Part shown: positions 52,639-62,368 of the stretch, in pieces
How positions within the stretch are numbered: position 1 is the first letter of the stretch
How the letters are laid out: every line of letters begins with the position of its first letter
NCBI GenBank assembly: GCA_963792965.1
Contig: CAWBYW010000007.1
Location: 320,001 to 384,000, forward strand
Reading direction: 5' to 3'
DNA: 64,000 nt
DNA from: an uncultured delta proteobacterium
Lineage (GTDB): Bacteria; Desulfobacterota; Zymogenia; Zymogenales; Zymogenaceae
The notes under the pieces: model-generated
Told to the model about the DNA's origin: nothing
The model's input: the letters and a program-made list of their open reading frames with translations, nothing else
Databases searched by the model: none
Position numbers and translations under genes: made by a program

Positions 52639-53144
52639 GCGATCAGGACGGATCGATCATCAGGGCCGCCGTCATCACCCTGAGCGACAAAGGCTCGCGG
52701 GGAGAGCGCGTCGATGAAAGCGGCGCTCTGATAACCGATTTCGTCAAGAGAATGGGAGGAACGGTCGTATCGTATGAGGTCATCCCCGACGAGGCCGATA
52801 TCTTGAAGGATCGCCTCATTTCGCTTTCCGACGACGGCTCGGCGAATCTGATACTGACCACCGGAGGCACGGGGCTCACCCCCCGGGACATAACCCCGGA
52901 AGCCACGCTGGCGGTTGCCGAGCGTGACGTCCCCGGCTTTGCCGAGGCGATGCGGCAAAAGAGCCTCGAGAAGACGCCTCACGCCATGCTCTCGCGGGCG
53001 GTCTCAGTGATGAGAAAATGCACGCTGATCATCAACCTGCCGGGAAGCCCCAAGGCTGTCGCTGAGTGCCTCGGCGTGATCGCCCCTGCCCTTGTCCATG
53101 CTGTCGCGAAGGCCGGCGGTGACAACGCGGAGTGCGCCCGATGA
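52635..53144 (+). CDS. mog: Molybdopterin adenylyltransferase MogA/MoaB
   Basis: TLSDKG..DESG, TTGGTG..RDITPEAT, NLPGSPK. Confidence 0.93.
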   Translation: MSDQDGSIIRAAVITLSDKGSRGERVDESGALITDFVKRMGGTVVSYEVIPDEADILKDRLISLSDDGSANLILTTGGTGLTPRDITPEATLAVAERDVPGFAEAMRQKSLEKTPHAMLSRAVSVMRKCTLIINLPGSPKAVAECLGVIAPALVHAVAKAGGDNAECAR

Positions 53145-53202
53145 CGGATCATGTGTTTCCGGTGACTTCGGCGTTGGAAGTCCATAGCATCTGCGCTCCG
53201 TC

Positions 53203-54090
53203 ATGATCGACCTCCACGTACACACGAATGCGTCGTCGGACGGCGTCCATACCCCCGAGGAGATCTTCGAGAGGGCGCGACGGGTAGCGGGGAAAACCAC
53301 ATTTGACGCCATCGCTTTCGCCGACCACAACAGCGTTGACAATATCGAAAGCGGGCTTCTGCTCTCGAAGGCATACGGAATCCCCTTTGTTACTGCTGTC
53401 GAGCTCGGCTCTTACCACGGGGGGCAGGATATCCACATACTCGGCTATTTCATTGACCCCCTATCTGCCGTGTTGACCGATTTCCTGACGCAGTCTATAG
53501 AAGAGACAACCCGCCAGACGGAAGAGCGCGTCCGACTCCTCAACGGGCTCGGATTTGCCCTGGACGTGTCGGACGTCTCCGTAAAATCTGCGGGCAGGGC
53601 CCCCACCGGGCGGACCTTTCTGGAGGCCCTGTCAGAACGGGAGGAGAATCGAGACGACCGCCGCCTGAAAAGGTATAGATCCGGCGATCGGGCCGATTCC
53701 CCTTCCCTCAATTTCTATCTCAATTTCCTTGCCGGGGGGAAACCGGCCTACGTCGCACTTTCCGGCTTCCCGGTCGAAAAGGCGATCGCCGTCGTCGAAA
53801 AATCGGGCGGCGTTCCAATCCTCGCGCACCCCGGGGCATACCCCGACTCGATCGTCGAAGACGTCATCGCGCGCGGGGTTGCCGGCCTCGAGGCGTACTC
53901 GGGGCACCACAACGAACGTACCTCCCGTCGGTTCGTTGAGCTCTGTGAAAAACGGTCGCTCATCTGGACGGCGGGCAGCGACTTCCACGGAAAAGAGGTT
54001 AAGCCGAATATCGAGCTGGGCGTGTCGATCGAAAATGGCCGCCTGCCCTACGATAGACTACGAGAGGAGTACCTGAAAAGAAATGCTTAA
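53203..54090 (+). CDS. PHP-domain phosphoesterase (TrpH/YciV-like)
   Basis: DLHVHT..SDG, DHN, VEL, HILGY, LAHPG, GSDFHG. Confidence 0.9.
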   Translation: MIDLHVHTNASSDGVHTPEEIFERARRVAGKTTFDAIAFADHNSVDNIESGLLLSKAYGIPFVTAVELGSYHGGQDIHILGYFIDPLSAVLTDFLTQSIEETTRQTEERVRLLNGLGFALDVSDVSVKSAGRAPTGRTFLEALSEREENRDDRRLKRYRSGDRADSPSLNFYLNFLAGGKPAYVALSGFPVEKAIAVVEKSGGVPILAHPGAYPDSIVEDVIARGVAGLEAYSGHHNERTSRRFVELCEKRSLIWTAGSDFHGKEVKPNIELGVSIENGRLPYDRLREEYLKRNA

Positions 54091-55390
54091 AGAGATCCTG
54101 AAGAAGAAAAAGCGCCCCATTATCGTCTCGGATTTTGACGGCACCATCAGCACGCGTGATATCAGCTACGAGCTGCTCGAGCACTTCTCCGTCGGTGGAT
54201 GGCAGGGAATTGACGAGGCATACGGAAGGGGCGAGATCGGCTCACAGGAGGCTTTTCGACTCATCCTCGAGAGGATCAAGGCCTCAAAATCCGAACTGGT
54301 CCAGTTCATCGAAAATGTCGCACCCATTGATCCCACCTTTCCGGATTTCTATCGGTACGTGAAAGAAAAAGGGATCGACATGGTCATCCTGAGCGACGGC
54401 TTCGAGTTTTATATTCGGTCTGTCCTCGAGAAGTCGGGAATCACCGATGTCCCCATATACGCCAACGACATCGTGGAGGATGAGTCCGGAAAACTGATTC
54501 CCGTCTTTCCCTATAGCAGCGCAGAGTGCGATCGGTGCGGAAACTGCAAGTCCCGGGTCATCGAGAAACTGAAGGAGGACCACGACTACATCATCTTCAT
54601 CGGAGACGGCTATTCGGACCTCTGCGCCTCTGAGGTCGCCGATGCCCTCTTCGCGAAGAAGCGGCTGATGCGCCATGCCGCCCAGACCAGGCTCCCCTTC
54701 ACCTTTTTCGAGGATTTCGGCGACATCCATGCCGAATTCGAGAAGGAGATCAAGGGCGCGATCTTCGACCTGGACGGCACTCTCGTCGATTCGCTCGAGG
54801 CCATCAGGACCGCGCTGGCCCATACCATCGACACCCTTCACCTTGACCTTGACCTCGAGAAGATTTTCAGGGAAATGATGAGCTGGCCTTTGAACGTCTC
54901 TCTGGAAAAGATATTCCCGGGCGTGGACCTCAACGAGGCGTTAGGAGTCTTTCGCTCGAAATATCTTTCAATTTATAAAGAGATGACGCCCATCAAGCCG
55001 GGGATGGAGGACGTCCTGGCATACCTCACCGATTCGGGGGTAAAGCTGTCGGTCGCCACCAATAAGCACGCCCCCTATGCCCGCGAGCTCATCGAGCACC
55101 TCGGTATCAGCCATTTCTTTGAGGCGATCATCGGCGTCGGGGACGTGGATAACCCCAAGCCGGCTCCCGACATGGTCGATGCGGCCCTCAAGCATATGGG
55201 GACAAAAAAGGATGATACGGTCTTCATCGGCGACTCCCAAGTCGACATCGAGACGGCAAAGAACTCGCAGATCGATGTCTACGTCCTTTCCGATTCGCTG
55301 GACACCCCCGAAGAGCTGGCTAAGAGGAAACCAAAAAAGATGTTCTACACGACAGCGGAGCTCTTGAAGGAGCTCGCCTCGAAGGCGTGA
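54083..55390 (+). CDS. Tandem HAD fusion: MtnX-like phosphatase + phosphoglycolate-phosphatase-like domain
   Basis: Domain 1 DFDGT/SDG/CGNCK/GDGYSD; domain 2 DLDGT/TNK/KPAPD/GDSQVD. Confidence 0.88.
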   Translation: MLKEILKKKKRPIIVSDFDGTISTRDISYELLEHFSVGGWQGIDEAYGRGEIGSQEAFRLILERIKASKSELVQFIENVAPIDPTFPDFYRYVKEKGIDMVILSDGFEFYIRSVLEKSGITDVPIYANDIVEDESGKLIPVFPYSSAECDRCGNCKSRVIEKLKEDHDYIIFIGDGYSDLCASEVADALFAKKRLMRHAAQTRLPFTFFEDFGDIHAEFEKEIKGAIFDLDGTLVDSLEAIRTALAHTIDTLHLDLDLEKIFREMMSWPLNVSLEKIFPGVDLNEALGVFRSKYLSIYKEMTPIKPGMEDVLAYLTDSGVKLSVATNKHAPYARELIEHLGISHFFEAIIGVGDVDNPKPAPDMVDAALKHMGTKKDDTVFIGDSQVDIETAKNSQIDVYVLSDSLDTPEELAKRKPKKMFYTTAELLKELASKA

Positions 55391-55394
55391 AACG

Positions 55395-55877
55395 ATGGGC
55401 ATCGCCGAAAGAAAGCAGTCGTTTTGCGTCGGCGCCGTCCGTGGCGAGCACAAGCTTTTCGCCATGTATTTTCCGGGTTTGGTGCGCCCCATTGAAGAAG
55501 ACCTGAAGCGGCTGGTCTCTCAGGATATCGGAGCGATCGTCACGCTGACCGAACAACAGCTGCTGGTTCCCCTTCAGTTCCGTGGGTTCTTCCGGCAGCT
55601 TCACCTTCCGGTGGAGAATTTCGAGCCGCCTACAATCGCGCAGATAGAAACGTTTGTCCGGTTCGTGGATGAAGAGTTCGACCGGGGCGTCAACGTCGCC
55701 GTCCACTGCCTCATGGGCATCGGCCGAACCGGCACGATCATCGCCGCCTACCGCGTGAGCAAGGGCCAAGGCCCCGAAGAAGCAATCGCCGATCTCAGGA
55801 ATATCCGGAATTTTATCGAGACCAAAGAGCAGGAAGATATGGTCTACGCCTACCATCGGTCCCTTGCACGCACCTAA
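55395..55877 (+). CDS. Dual-specificity (Cys-based) protein phosphatase family
   Basis: HCLMGIGRTG CX5R loop; IETKEQ; general-acid loop reads ENF rather than DF. Confidence 0.88.
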   Translation: MGIAERKQSFCVGAVRGEHKLFAMYFPGLVRPIEEDLKRLVSQDIGAIVTLTEQQLLVPLQFRGFFRQLHLPVENFEPPTIAQIETFVRFVDEEFDRGVNVAVHCLMGIGRTGTIIAAYRVSKGQGPEEAIADLRNIRNFIETKEQEDMVYAYHRSLART

Positions 55878-55959
55878 CAGTGAGTCAGCCCCCCGCACCC
55901 CTTCGATAACACCGCCTAACTCGTTATAACGAGCTCGGTACGATCAGAAAAAGCCCAAG

Positions 55960-55990
55960 AAAAAACGGGAAGGATATCTAATCCCTCCCG
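55960..55990 (-). terminator. Intrinsic terminator for the fprA-flavin reductase transcript
   Basis: Minus strand CGGGAGGGAT-TAGAT-ATCCTTCCCG-TTTTTT. Confidence 0.65.
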
Positions 55991-56126
55991 CCTACTCATC
56001 GCCGCCCGACCTCAGGTCTTTCGCGTAATAGATCCGGGCTGCCTCCCATCGCGCTCTCGCCGTGCTATGTACACGACCGTACTCTTCCCATTAAAGAGGA
56101 CGTTTCCCCACGCAAGGGCTTTCATG

Positions 56127-56654
56127 TCACTTCTCGGGGGGCGCCTGGTACGTCGTCGCCTTCTCGGGTGTCTTGCCCTTGATCACTTCGTGATAATACT
56201 TGTAGGTCAGCGGAATCCCGGCCTTGAGGACCTGACAATTGACGAGCTCACCCACGAAGAGGGTGTGTGTCCCCGCGTCCATTTTCCCGATGACCTTCAA
56301 TTCCATGAAGGAGAGGGCATTCTCGGTCACGACCGGAGCTCCGGTCACGCCGATCTGGTACTGTACCTTGGCGAACTTATCGACGTCGCGTCCCGACCTG
56401 AAACCGAACATGCCGATGAAGGCAAACGGGGTTTTTTCATCGAGGACCGAGACGGCAAATACTCCGCTCTTGTCGATGTAGCCGTGGGTGAGGTTCTCCT
56501 TGTTGATGCAGACCGCCAGCCGGGGAGGCTCGGCCGTCACCTGGAAGAAGGTATTGGCGATCTGTCCGTTCAGTTTGTCGTCGAGGTGGGATGTCACCAC
56601 ATAGACACCGTAGCTCAGCTGGAAGAGTGCTTTCAGATTCAGATCCTTGTTCAT
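56127..56654 (-). CDS. Flavin reductase-like protein (resembles the flavin domain of high-molecular-weight rubredoxin)
   Basis: SYGVYVV, NGQIANT, FGFRSGRDVDKF, GTHTLFVG, PLTYKYYH..KGKTP..A.TY; ATGA overlap with fprA stop. Confidence 0.88.
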   Translation of the reverse strand: MNKDLNLKALFQLSYGVYVVTSHLDDKLNGQIANTFFQVTAEPPRLAVCINKENLTHGYIDKSGVFAVSVLDEKTPFAFIGMFGFRSGRDVDKFAKVQYQIGVTGAPVVTENALSFMELKVIGKMDAGTHTLFVGELVNCQVLKAGIPLTYKYYHEVIKGKTPEKATTYQAPPEK

Positions 56655-57861
56655 TTGATTCTCACTTTCAAAAGGCCGGATATCTTTTCCCCGAGGGCAA
56701 AACAACGCGCCAGGTCGTCTTTCGTCGGAACGTTCTTCACTCTTATTCCCTCATCGACGGCCTCCACCTTCATCTCTTTCAAGAGCTCACCGAGTTGTGT
56801 CACCGCCTCACCGCTCCAGCCGTGGGAGCCGAAGGTCGCCCCAATAAGATTTTTGGGTCTCAGCCCTTTCAGGTAGACCAACACGTCGGCCATCGTCGGG
56901 AAGATGTTGTTGTTGAGGGTTGGAGAGCCGACGATCAACGCCCCCGCGTTGAGCACTTCGGTGACCACGTCGCTGCGGTGGTGGACGGACATTGGCATGA
57001 CCATCGTCTCGGTGCCGCCGCCCGACAGTCCCTCGGCGATCGCCCTCGCCATCCGGCCCGTGCTATTCCACATCGTGTCGTAGACCACCAGCGCCTTATC
57101 GGTCGGTTTCCCGGACGCCCAGAAAGTGTAGAGATCGAGGATCATCCCGAGCCCTTTCTCCAGACCGGGCCGTGGTCGGGAGCGACGACCTTGATGTCCC
57201 ACCCGGTCTCGGGCACGTGCGCGAGGAGCTTTGTAACGAGGTTCGCATAGGGCATGATGATGTTGGCGTAATATTTCCCCGCCTCGTACTTGAGTATGGA
57301 CTCGTCGATTTGGTCGTCGAACCGCTCGTGCGAGGCCAGGTGCATCCCGAAAGCATCCTGGGAAAAGAGGAGCGACTCCTCGGGAAGATATGCGATCATG
57401 CTGTCGGGCCAGTGGAGCATCCGGGTCTCGGCAAAGATGAGCTTCATGTTGCCCAGCGAGACGGACTCTCCGTCCTTGACGGCCGTGAGCCTGCCCGAGA
57501 TCTTCTCGTGGAAGTGATCGATGAGCGTCTTTTCGCCCATGACCGACACGTAGGTCTTCTCGGGCTTGATGAAATCGATCATTGCGGGAAGGCACCCCGA
57601 GTGGTCCATCTCAGAGTGGTCCGAGACGATGATCTTGATCTTCTGGGGATCCACGACAGAGGCAATACGCGACAGCATCTCATCCTTGAAGGGGGCTTTC
57701 ACCGTATCGATGAGGGTAATCTTATCGGCGAGGACAAGGTACGCATTGTACGTGGTGCCGCGATCGGTGGCGTAGCCGTGGAAATCCCTGATCAGCCAGT
57801 CGATAGCCCCGACCCAATAGACCCTGTCCGTAATCCTAATTGCCTTGAAATGGGTATCCAT
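56651..57861 (-). CDS. fprA: Flavodiiron protein FprA (O2/NO reductase); frameshift ~57155
   Basis: GTTYNAY, HSEMDHSG, HWPDSM, SQDAFG, PDHG; flavodoxin YDTMWNST, GSPTLNN, FGSHGWSGE. Confidence 0.93.
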
Positions 57862-57932
57862 CTCCCACCTGCGTAAATAAAAGGCGCGCGAAGTGCCCCG
57901 GGCCCGCGATACGTCCAATCAATAAAGGCTAA

Positions 57933-57961
57933 ATTATATCGGCACTATCACCCAATGTCAA
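57933..57961 (-). promoter_or_regulatory. Perfect-consensus sigma70 promoter for fprA
   Basis: Minus strand TTGACA-17 bp-TATAAT. Confidence 0.85.
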
Positions 57962-57992
57962 GAGTCAGCGACAGCCCGTCCCCCTTATTATC

Positions 57993-58022
57993 AAAAAAGA
58001 GAGGGGAACACCTCCCCCTCTC
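57993..58022 (-). terminator. Intrinsic terminator after rubrerythrin
   Basis: Minus strand GAGAGGGGGA-GGTG-TTCCCCTCTC-TTTTTT. Confidence 0.75.
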
Positions 58023-58051
58023 AGAATTATCTGATTGCCGGTGTCTTCGGC

Positions 58052-58625
58052 CTACCAGTTCTCGCCAAGCAGCTCCATGTACGCCTGGGGATGGGCGCAG
58101 GCCGGGCATGCCTGTGGAGCGTCGGTCCCCTCGTGGATATATCCGCAGTTGCGGCAGCGCCAGACCACCTTCTTGTCCCGCTTGAAGACCTGTTTCTTAT
58201 CGATGTTCTCGGCAAGATCGCGATAGCGCTTCTCGTGCTGCTTTTCCGCCACGGACACGGCCGTCCACAGGCGGGCGATCTCATCGAAGCCTTCTTCCTT
58301 GGCGATCGTGGCAAATCCCGGATACATGGTCGTATGCTCGTGGTTTTCGCCCATGGCCGAGGCCTTCAGGTTGTCGAGGGTGCCCCCGACGAGGCCCGCC
58401 GGAAAGCCCGCCGTTATCTGCGACCTCACCGCCGGACAGGAAGCTGAAAAACCGCTTTGCGTGCTCTTTCTCCTGGTTTGCGGTCTCCTCGAAGATATCG
58501 GCTATCTGCATGTAGCCGTCCTTGCGCGCCTGGCCCGCGAAGTAGGTATAGCGGTTGCGGGCCTGGGATTCGCCCGCAAACGACGCGAGCAGGTTCTTTT
58601 CGGTGCGTGAGCCTTTAAGTTCCAT
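58052..58625 (-). CDS. rbr: Rubrerythrin; frameshift ~58425
   Basis: FAGESQARNRY, EKEHAKRF, ENHEHTTMYP, EKQHE, CRNC..CPACAHP. Confidence 0.95.
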
Positions 58626-58699
58626 TCCTATGTCTCCTTTCTTTGTATCAGGTTATCACAACGAGCGCCTTTCGTATCGAGAACAGGCGCGGCGCTTCC

Positions 58700-59541
58700 C
58701 TATATGCCTCCGTAGGTGAGGCCGCCGGAAACGAGAGAGTCGACGCGGCACGACAGGTCTTCGATCCTGAGGCCGCTCTGAATGCCAAACCGTGTCAGGG
58801 CAAAATCGTATTTCACCGGGTCGTCGGGCTCGATCTCGGAAAACCGAGCCGTTATTTCCATCGCCGCCGAAAAATCGGCCGACTTTCTGGCCGTAAACCC
58901 AAGCATCCCCGCGATACGGAACATATGGGTATCCAGCGGGACAACAAGGGACGCACGTGAGAGCCCCGCCCAGCCTCCCGGATCGATCTCATCGCATCGT
59001 GTCATCCACCGCAGGAAGAGGTTGAGCCTTTTCTTGGCGCTCTTTTTTTTATGGGACGGGATGAGGCTGTTGTAGTCATCCTCGAAAAAGGCGTTCAAAC
59101 CTTTCGCGAAACGATCCAGTGCCGGCATCACGGTCTGCCCCCGTCACCCAGGCCCGAGAGAAAGGCCGCGTTGAGGGAGCCGTGTCGCTCGATCAGAGCG
59201 CGTGCTCCCGTAAGCGTGAGGGCAAGCTCTCTGTCCGTCGTGAACCGGTGCTTGAATCCGGAAAATAGTGTGAGGAGGGCGTCGGAATCCGTCTCAATCA
59301 AGAACCGCCCGGGCCGATTCCCCATGGCGGAAAGAACCGCGGAAACGCTCTTCATGACCTGCGCTACCCGTCCATAGGCCAGCGAGGATGCGATCAGTCC
59401 CACGACCTCCCGGTCCCGCGGATCGTCATATCGATGAACGAACTCGATCGGATCGGGATGGATGAATTCCTTCCTGTTAAGGGTCCGATAGAGCTCCTCA
59501 AACAGGCCACGATAGCGCTGTGCTGTGGTATCTTTCACCAT
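58700..59541 (-). CDS. TIGR02757-family protein; frameshift ~59130
   Basis: DPIEFVHRY, LAYGRV, FKHRF; SAKKRLNLFLRWM.R, VPLDTHM, DPVKYDFAL. Confidence 0.88.
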
Positions 59542-59576
59542 CGCTCCGGTTCACGAGAGAGAGTATAACGGTTTCG

Positions 59577-59759
59577 CTATTTGCACGGCTCCCAGTAGCA
59601 TCGTTTGGGCGAGGCCACCTTTCCTTCTTTCTTGAGCGTGTCGATGATTTTTGAGACCTCTTTTTGATCCAGTCCCGTCGCGTCGGCGATCTCGCCTGGC
59701 TTCATAGGCTTATTAGCCTTTTTCATGGCGTCAAGGACGGTGTCGATCTTTTCTACCAT
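59577..59759 (-). CDS. Small winged-helix protein
   Basis: 60 aa; GEIADATGLDQKEVSKII..LKKEGKVASPKRCYW; GAGG RBS. Confidence 0.8.
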   Translation of the reverse strand: MVEKIDTVLDAMKKANKPMKPGEIADATGLDQKEVSKIIDTLKKEGKVASPKRCYWEPCK

Positions 59760-59841
59760 TGTCCACCTCTCAAGACAAACTGGGTAACTTCATGTAACCA
59801 CGAGGACCCGGACTCGGATCCCCAATGTTAATTTGACTGCG

Positions 59842-60237
59842 TTACGCTTTGCGGCACCCCGGGCAAAATCCGATCAACTCAAGGCGATAATCGACGATCT
59901 GATAGTCGCACGGATGGTTTACGATATCGGCCAGCTCCAGCATCGTCTCCATTTCGACGTCCTTAACGGCTCCGCACGAGATACACCTCACATGATAATG
60001 GTTGTCGGCGTTCCCGTCAAAGCGTTTTTGCGTTCCCGCGATCTCGATTTTCTGGATGGCCCCCGACGCGGAGAGTATCTCGAGATTTCGATATATGGTC
60101 CCAAGGCTGATCTTCGGAAGTCGCTTTTTCACGATTCGATAGAGGTCATCGGCGGTCGGGTGGGTCTTGAGTCTCTTTAGTTCTTCGAGGATGATCTGAC
60201 GCTGGTTTGTCATGCGAATAATCTGATGTGAGGACAC
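59842..60237 (-). CDS. Fur-family regulator, PerR-like
   Basis: RMTNQR, HPTADD, SLGTIYRNL, RFDG..HYH..CISC..D, CPGC. Confidence 0.92.
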   Translation of the reverse strand: MSSHQIIRMTNQRQIILEELKRLKTHPTADDLYRIVKKRLPKISLGTIYRNLEILSASGAIQKIEIAGTQKRFDGNADNHYHVRCISCGAVKDVEMETMLELADIVNHPCDYQIVDYRLELIGFCPGCRKA

Positions 60238-60253
60238 ACTCTCACCTTAATCT

Positions 60254-60300
60254 AAATGATAATTATTATTATTTATACCCCGCATTCTCCTCATTGTCAA
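60254..60300 (-). promoter_or_regulatory. Promoter with overlapping Fur/PerR box
   Basis: Minus strand TTGACA-17 bp-TATAAA; AAATGATAAT-T-ATTATTATTT (60254-60274), a 10-1-10 inverted repeat with one mismatch. Confidence 0.8.
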
Positions 60301-60703
60301 GACCTTTTTCTGTTGGCTCGAAACAGACTTCGAGCTTTTTCGTCTTAGATCAGACGACCCGAACACGCGGCGAGGCTATAAAGGCGTATATAGAGCACCC
60401 GACCCATCCTTTCGTCGTGGACTTTTCCACCGTCCCACGACCATGACCCCACAACCCTTCGGGGTCTTTTGCCCGGCCTACGGCCACACGAAAATCGTAA
60501 TGTTGGTGTCCCGGCGGACGACGAGACTCCCGGAAACTTCACGATATAGCGGCTCACCTGTGCATTTTAACTGTCGTGCCGTCGCCTGAAATACCGCGCT
60601 ATATCTCATTACACAATACGCATCGCGTCTTGCCTCGCGCACGTTATCTCGGGCAGTCTCCCATTATTTTTCTTGACAGCCTTTATGCGACGTGTAAGAA
60701 TGC

Positions 60704-60724
60704 GAAATGACCGGGCGGTCAGTC
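60704..60724 (+). promoter_or_regulatory. Candidate TetR operator 1
   Basis: GAAATGACCGGGCGGTCAGTC downstream of TTGACA at 60673. Confidence 0.65.
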
Positions 60725-60792
60725 GGGACTCCATGCCGTATCCGACCAGGGCAAGACCGCCGTGTAAACTACCACACTGCCGGCTACGCGCG

Positions 60793-61457
60793 ATGCCTAA
60801 ACCGACTTTCTCCATCATCAGCGACGAAAAACGAAACAGGATCTATGACGCGGCCGCCCAGGAATTCGCTCGAGAAGGTTTTGAAAAGGCAAATATTAAA
60901 AGCATCTCCGACCGGGCCGGTATCTCCAAGGGATCCCTCTACGACTATTTCGAGAACAAGGAAGATCTCTATCTGGCCGTATGTACCCACGGCATCGCTA
61001 AGTCCCGGGAAAATATCGATTCGATCATCGATGACAGAAAGGATTTCTTCACCCAGATACATGATATCTTCAGCCGGGGGATCGACTTCATCATCGCCCA
61101 TCCCCACTACGCCCAACTCTACGTTAATATCGCCGGAAGCGGGATGGAGCACTTTGCCGACAGGCTCTCGCTGGCCGTCGAGAAACATACCGCCGACTAT
61201 TACAAGGACGCCCTCAGGAAAGGGGATCAGTGAGGGGTTTATTCGCCCCGATATCGACATAAACACCGCCGCCTTCTTCATCAACAGCATGTACGTGATG
61301 ATGATGATTTCACTGGTTTCCCGGCATTATCGTATTCGGCTGCGCGAATACCTGAACATGTCCGACGGGGAGGTCGAAGCAGGGTGTCAGAGAAAAGATC
61401 GATCAGCTCATGGCAATCATCCGCTTCTCCCTCGAAGACTCGCGCCGGCTAACGTGA
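60793..61457 (+). CDS. TetR/AcrR-family regulator; frameshifts ~61225 and ~61385
   Basis: MPKPTF..EKRNRIYDAAAQEF..GISKGSLYDYFENKEDLY; tail GFIRPDID in another frame. Confidence 0.9.
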
Positions 61458-61498
61458 CATCGTAAGATAACGGCACGGGGTGTTTTCATTATAGGAAA

Positions 61499-61520
61499 GA
61501 AATGACCGAACAGTCGGTCA
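61499..61520 (+). promoter_or_regulatory. Candidate TetR operator 2
   Basis: TGACCGA-ACAG-TCGGTCA palindrome; 17/21 identical to operator 1. Confidence 0.7.
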
Positions 61521-61538
61521 CTCTACTGAGGAAATAAA

Positions 61539-62356
61539 ATGGAACGTCACTTTTCCGGGAAGATCGCCCTCGTCACCGGGGCCGGGAAAAAAAACGGTAT
61601 CGGCTTTACGATCGCTCGGCGTCTCTCGGAAAAAGGGGCCCGGGTCATTATCACGGATGTCTGCAAAGACCCTTGTATATGCCGATTACACCCGCTTCGG
61701 GACGATTGAGGAGCTTCAGACCCTCGCCAAAGAGATCGACGGCGATTCCCTCATGCTGGACGTCACCGATCAGAAGATGATCGACGGCGTTACGAATGCC
61801 GTCAGGGACCGCTTCGGCCGCCTCGACTTCCTCGTCAACAACGCCGGGGCCGCTCCTCAGCCAAACCTCCTTGGAATACACGGACCCCTCCATGTGGCAG
61901 AGGACCCTCGATGTCAACCTGAACGGGACGTTCCTGGTCACCCGCGCGCTGATCCCCCTGATGACGGGCGAGGGAGCCGCCATCGTAAATATCTCTTCCA
62001 AGGCCGGCAAGCGTCCACGCGCATTCGCCGGCGCCTACTGCGTCTCTAAGGCCGCCGTGATCATGCTGACGAAGGTCTTCGCCCTCGAGCTTGCCGCCCG
62101 GGGCATCCGGGTCAACGCGGTTTGTCCCGGGCAAATAGACACCGACCTCGAGCGCTGGTCGTGGGGGCTGGAAGCAAAATACTTCTCCAAGGACGTCAAA
62201 AAGGTCGAGGATGAAAAGAAAAAGAGCATCCCGCTGTGTCGTATCGGCATCCCCGAAGACGTTGCGGATGTGACGGCCTTTCTCCTCTCTCAGGAATCAT
62301 GTTACGTTACCGGCCAGACAGTCAATATCGACGGCGGCCAGCTTATGGAGGCATAG
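61539..62356 (+). CDS. Short-chain dehydrogenase/reductase; frameshifts ~61673 and ~61858
   Basis: From ATG 61539: KIALVTGAGKKNGIG; then NNAG, NISS, YCVSK, NAVCPG, IDGG in successive frames. Confidence 0.9.
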
Positions 62357-62368
62357 GAGGAACAGTCC

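Noticed and set aside
60315-60340. Plus-strand terminator-like hairpin GCTCGAA/TTCGAGC-TTTTT implying a hidden sRNA
   Set aside because: No convincing plus-strand promoter or ORF upstream; not enough evidence for a transcript.
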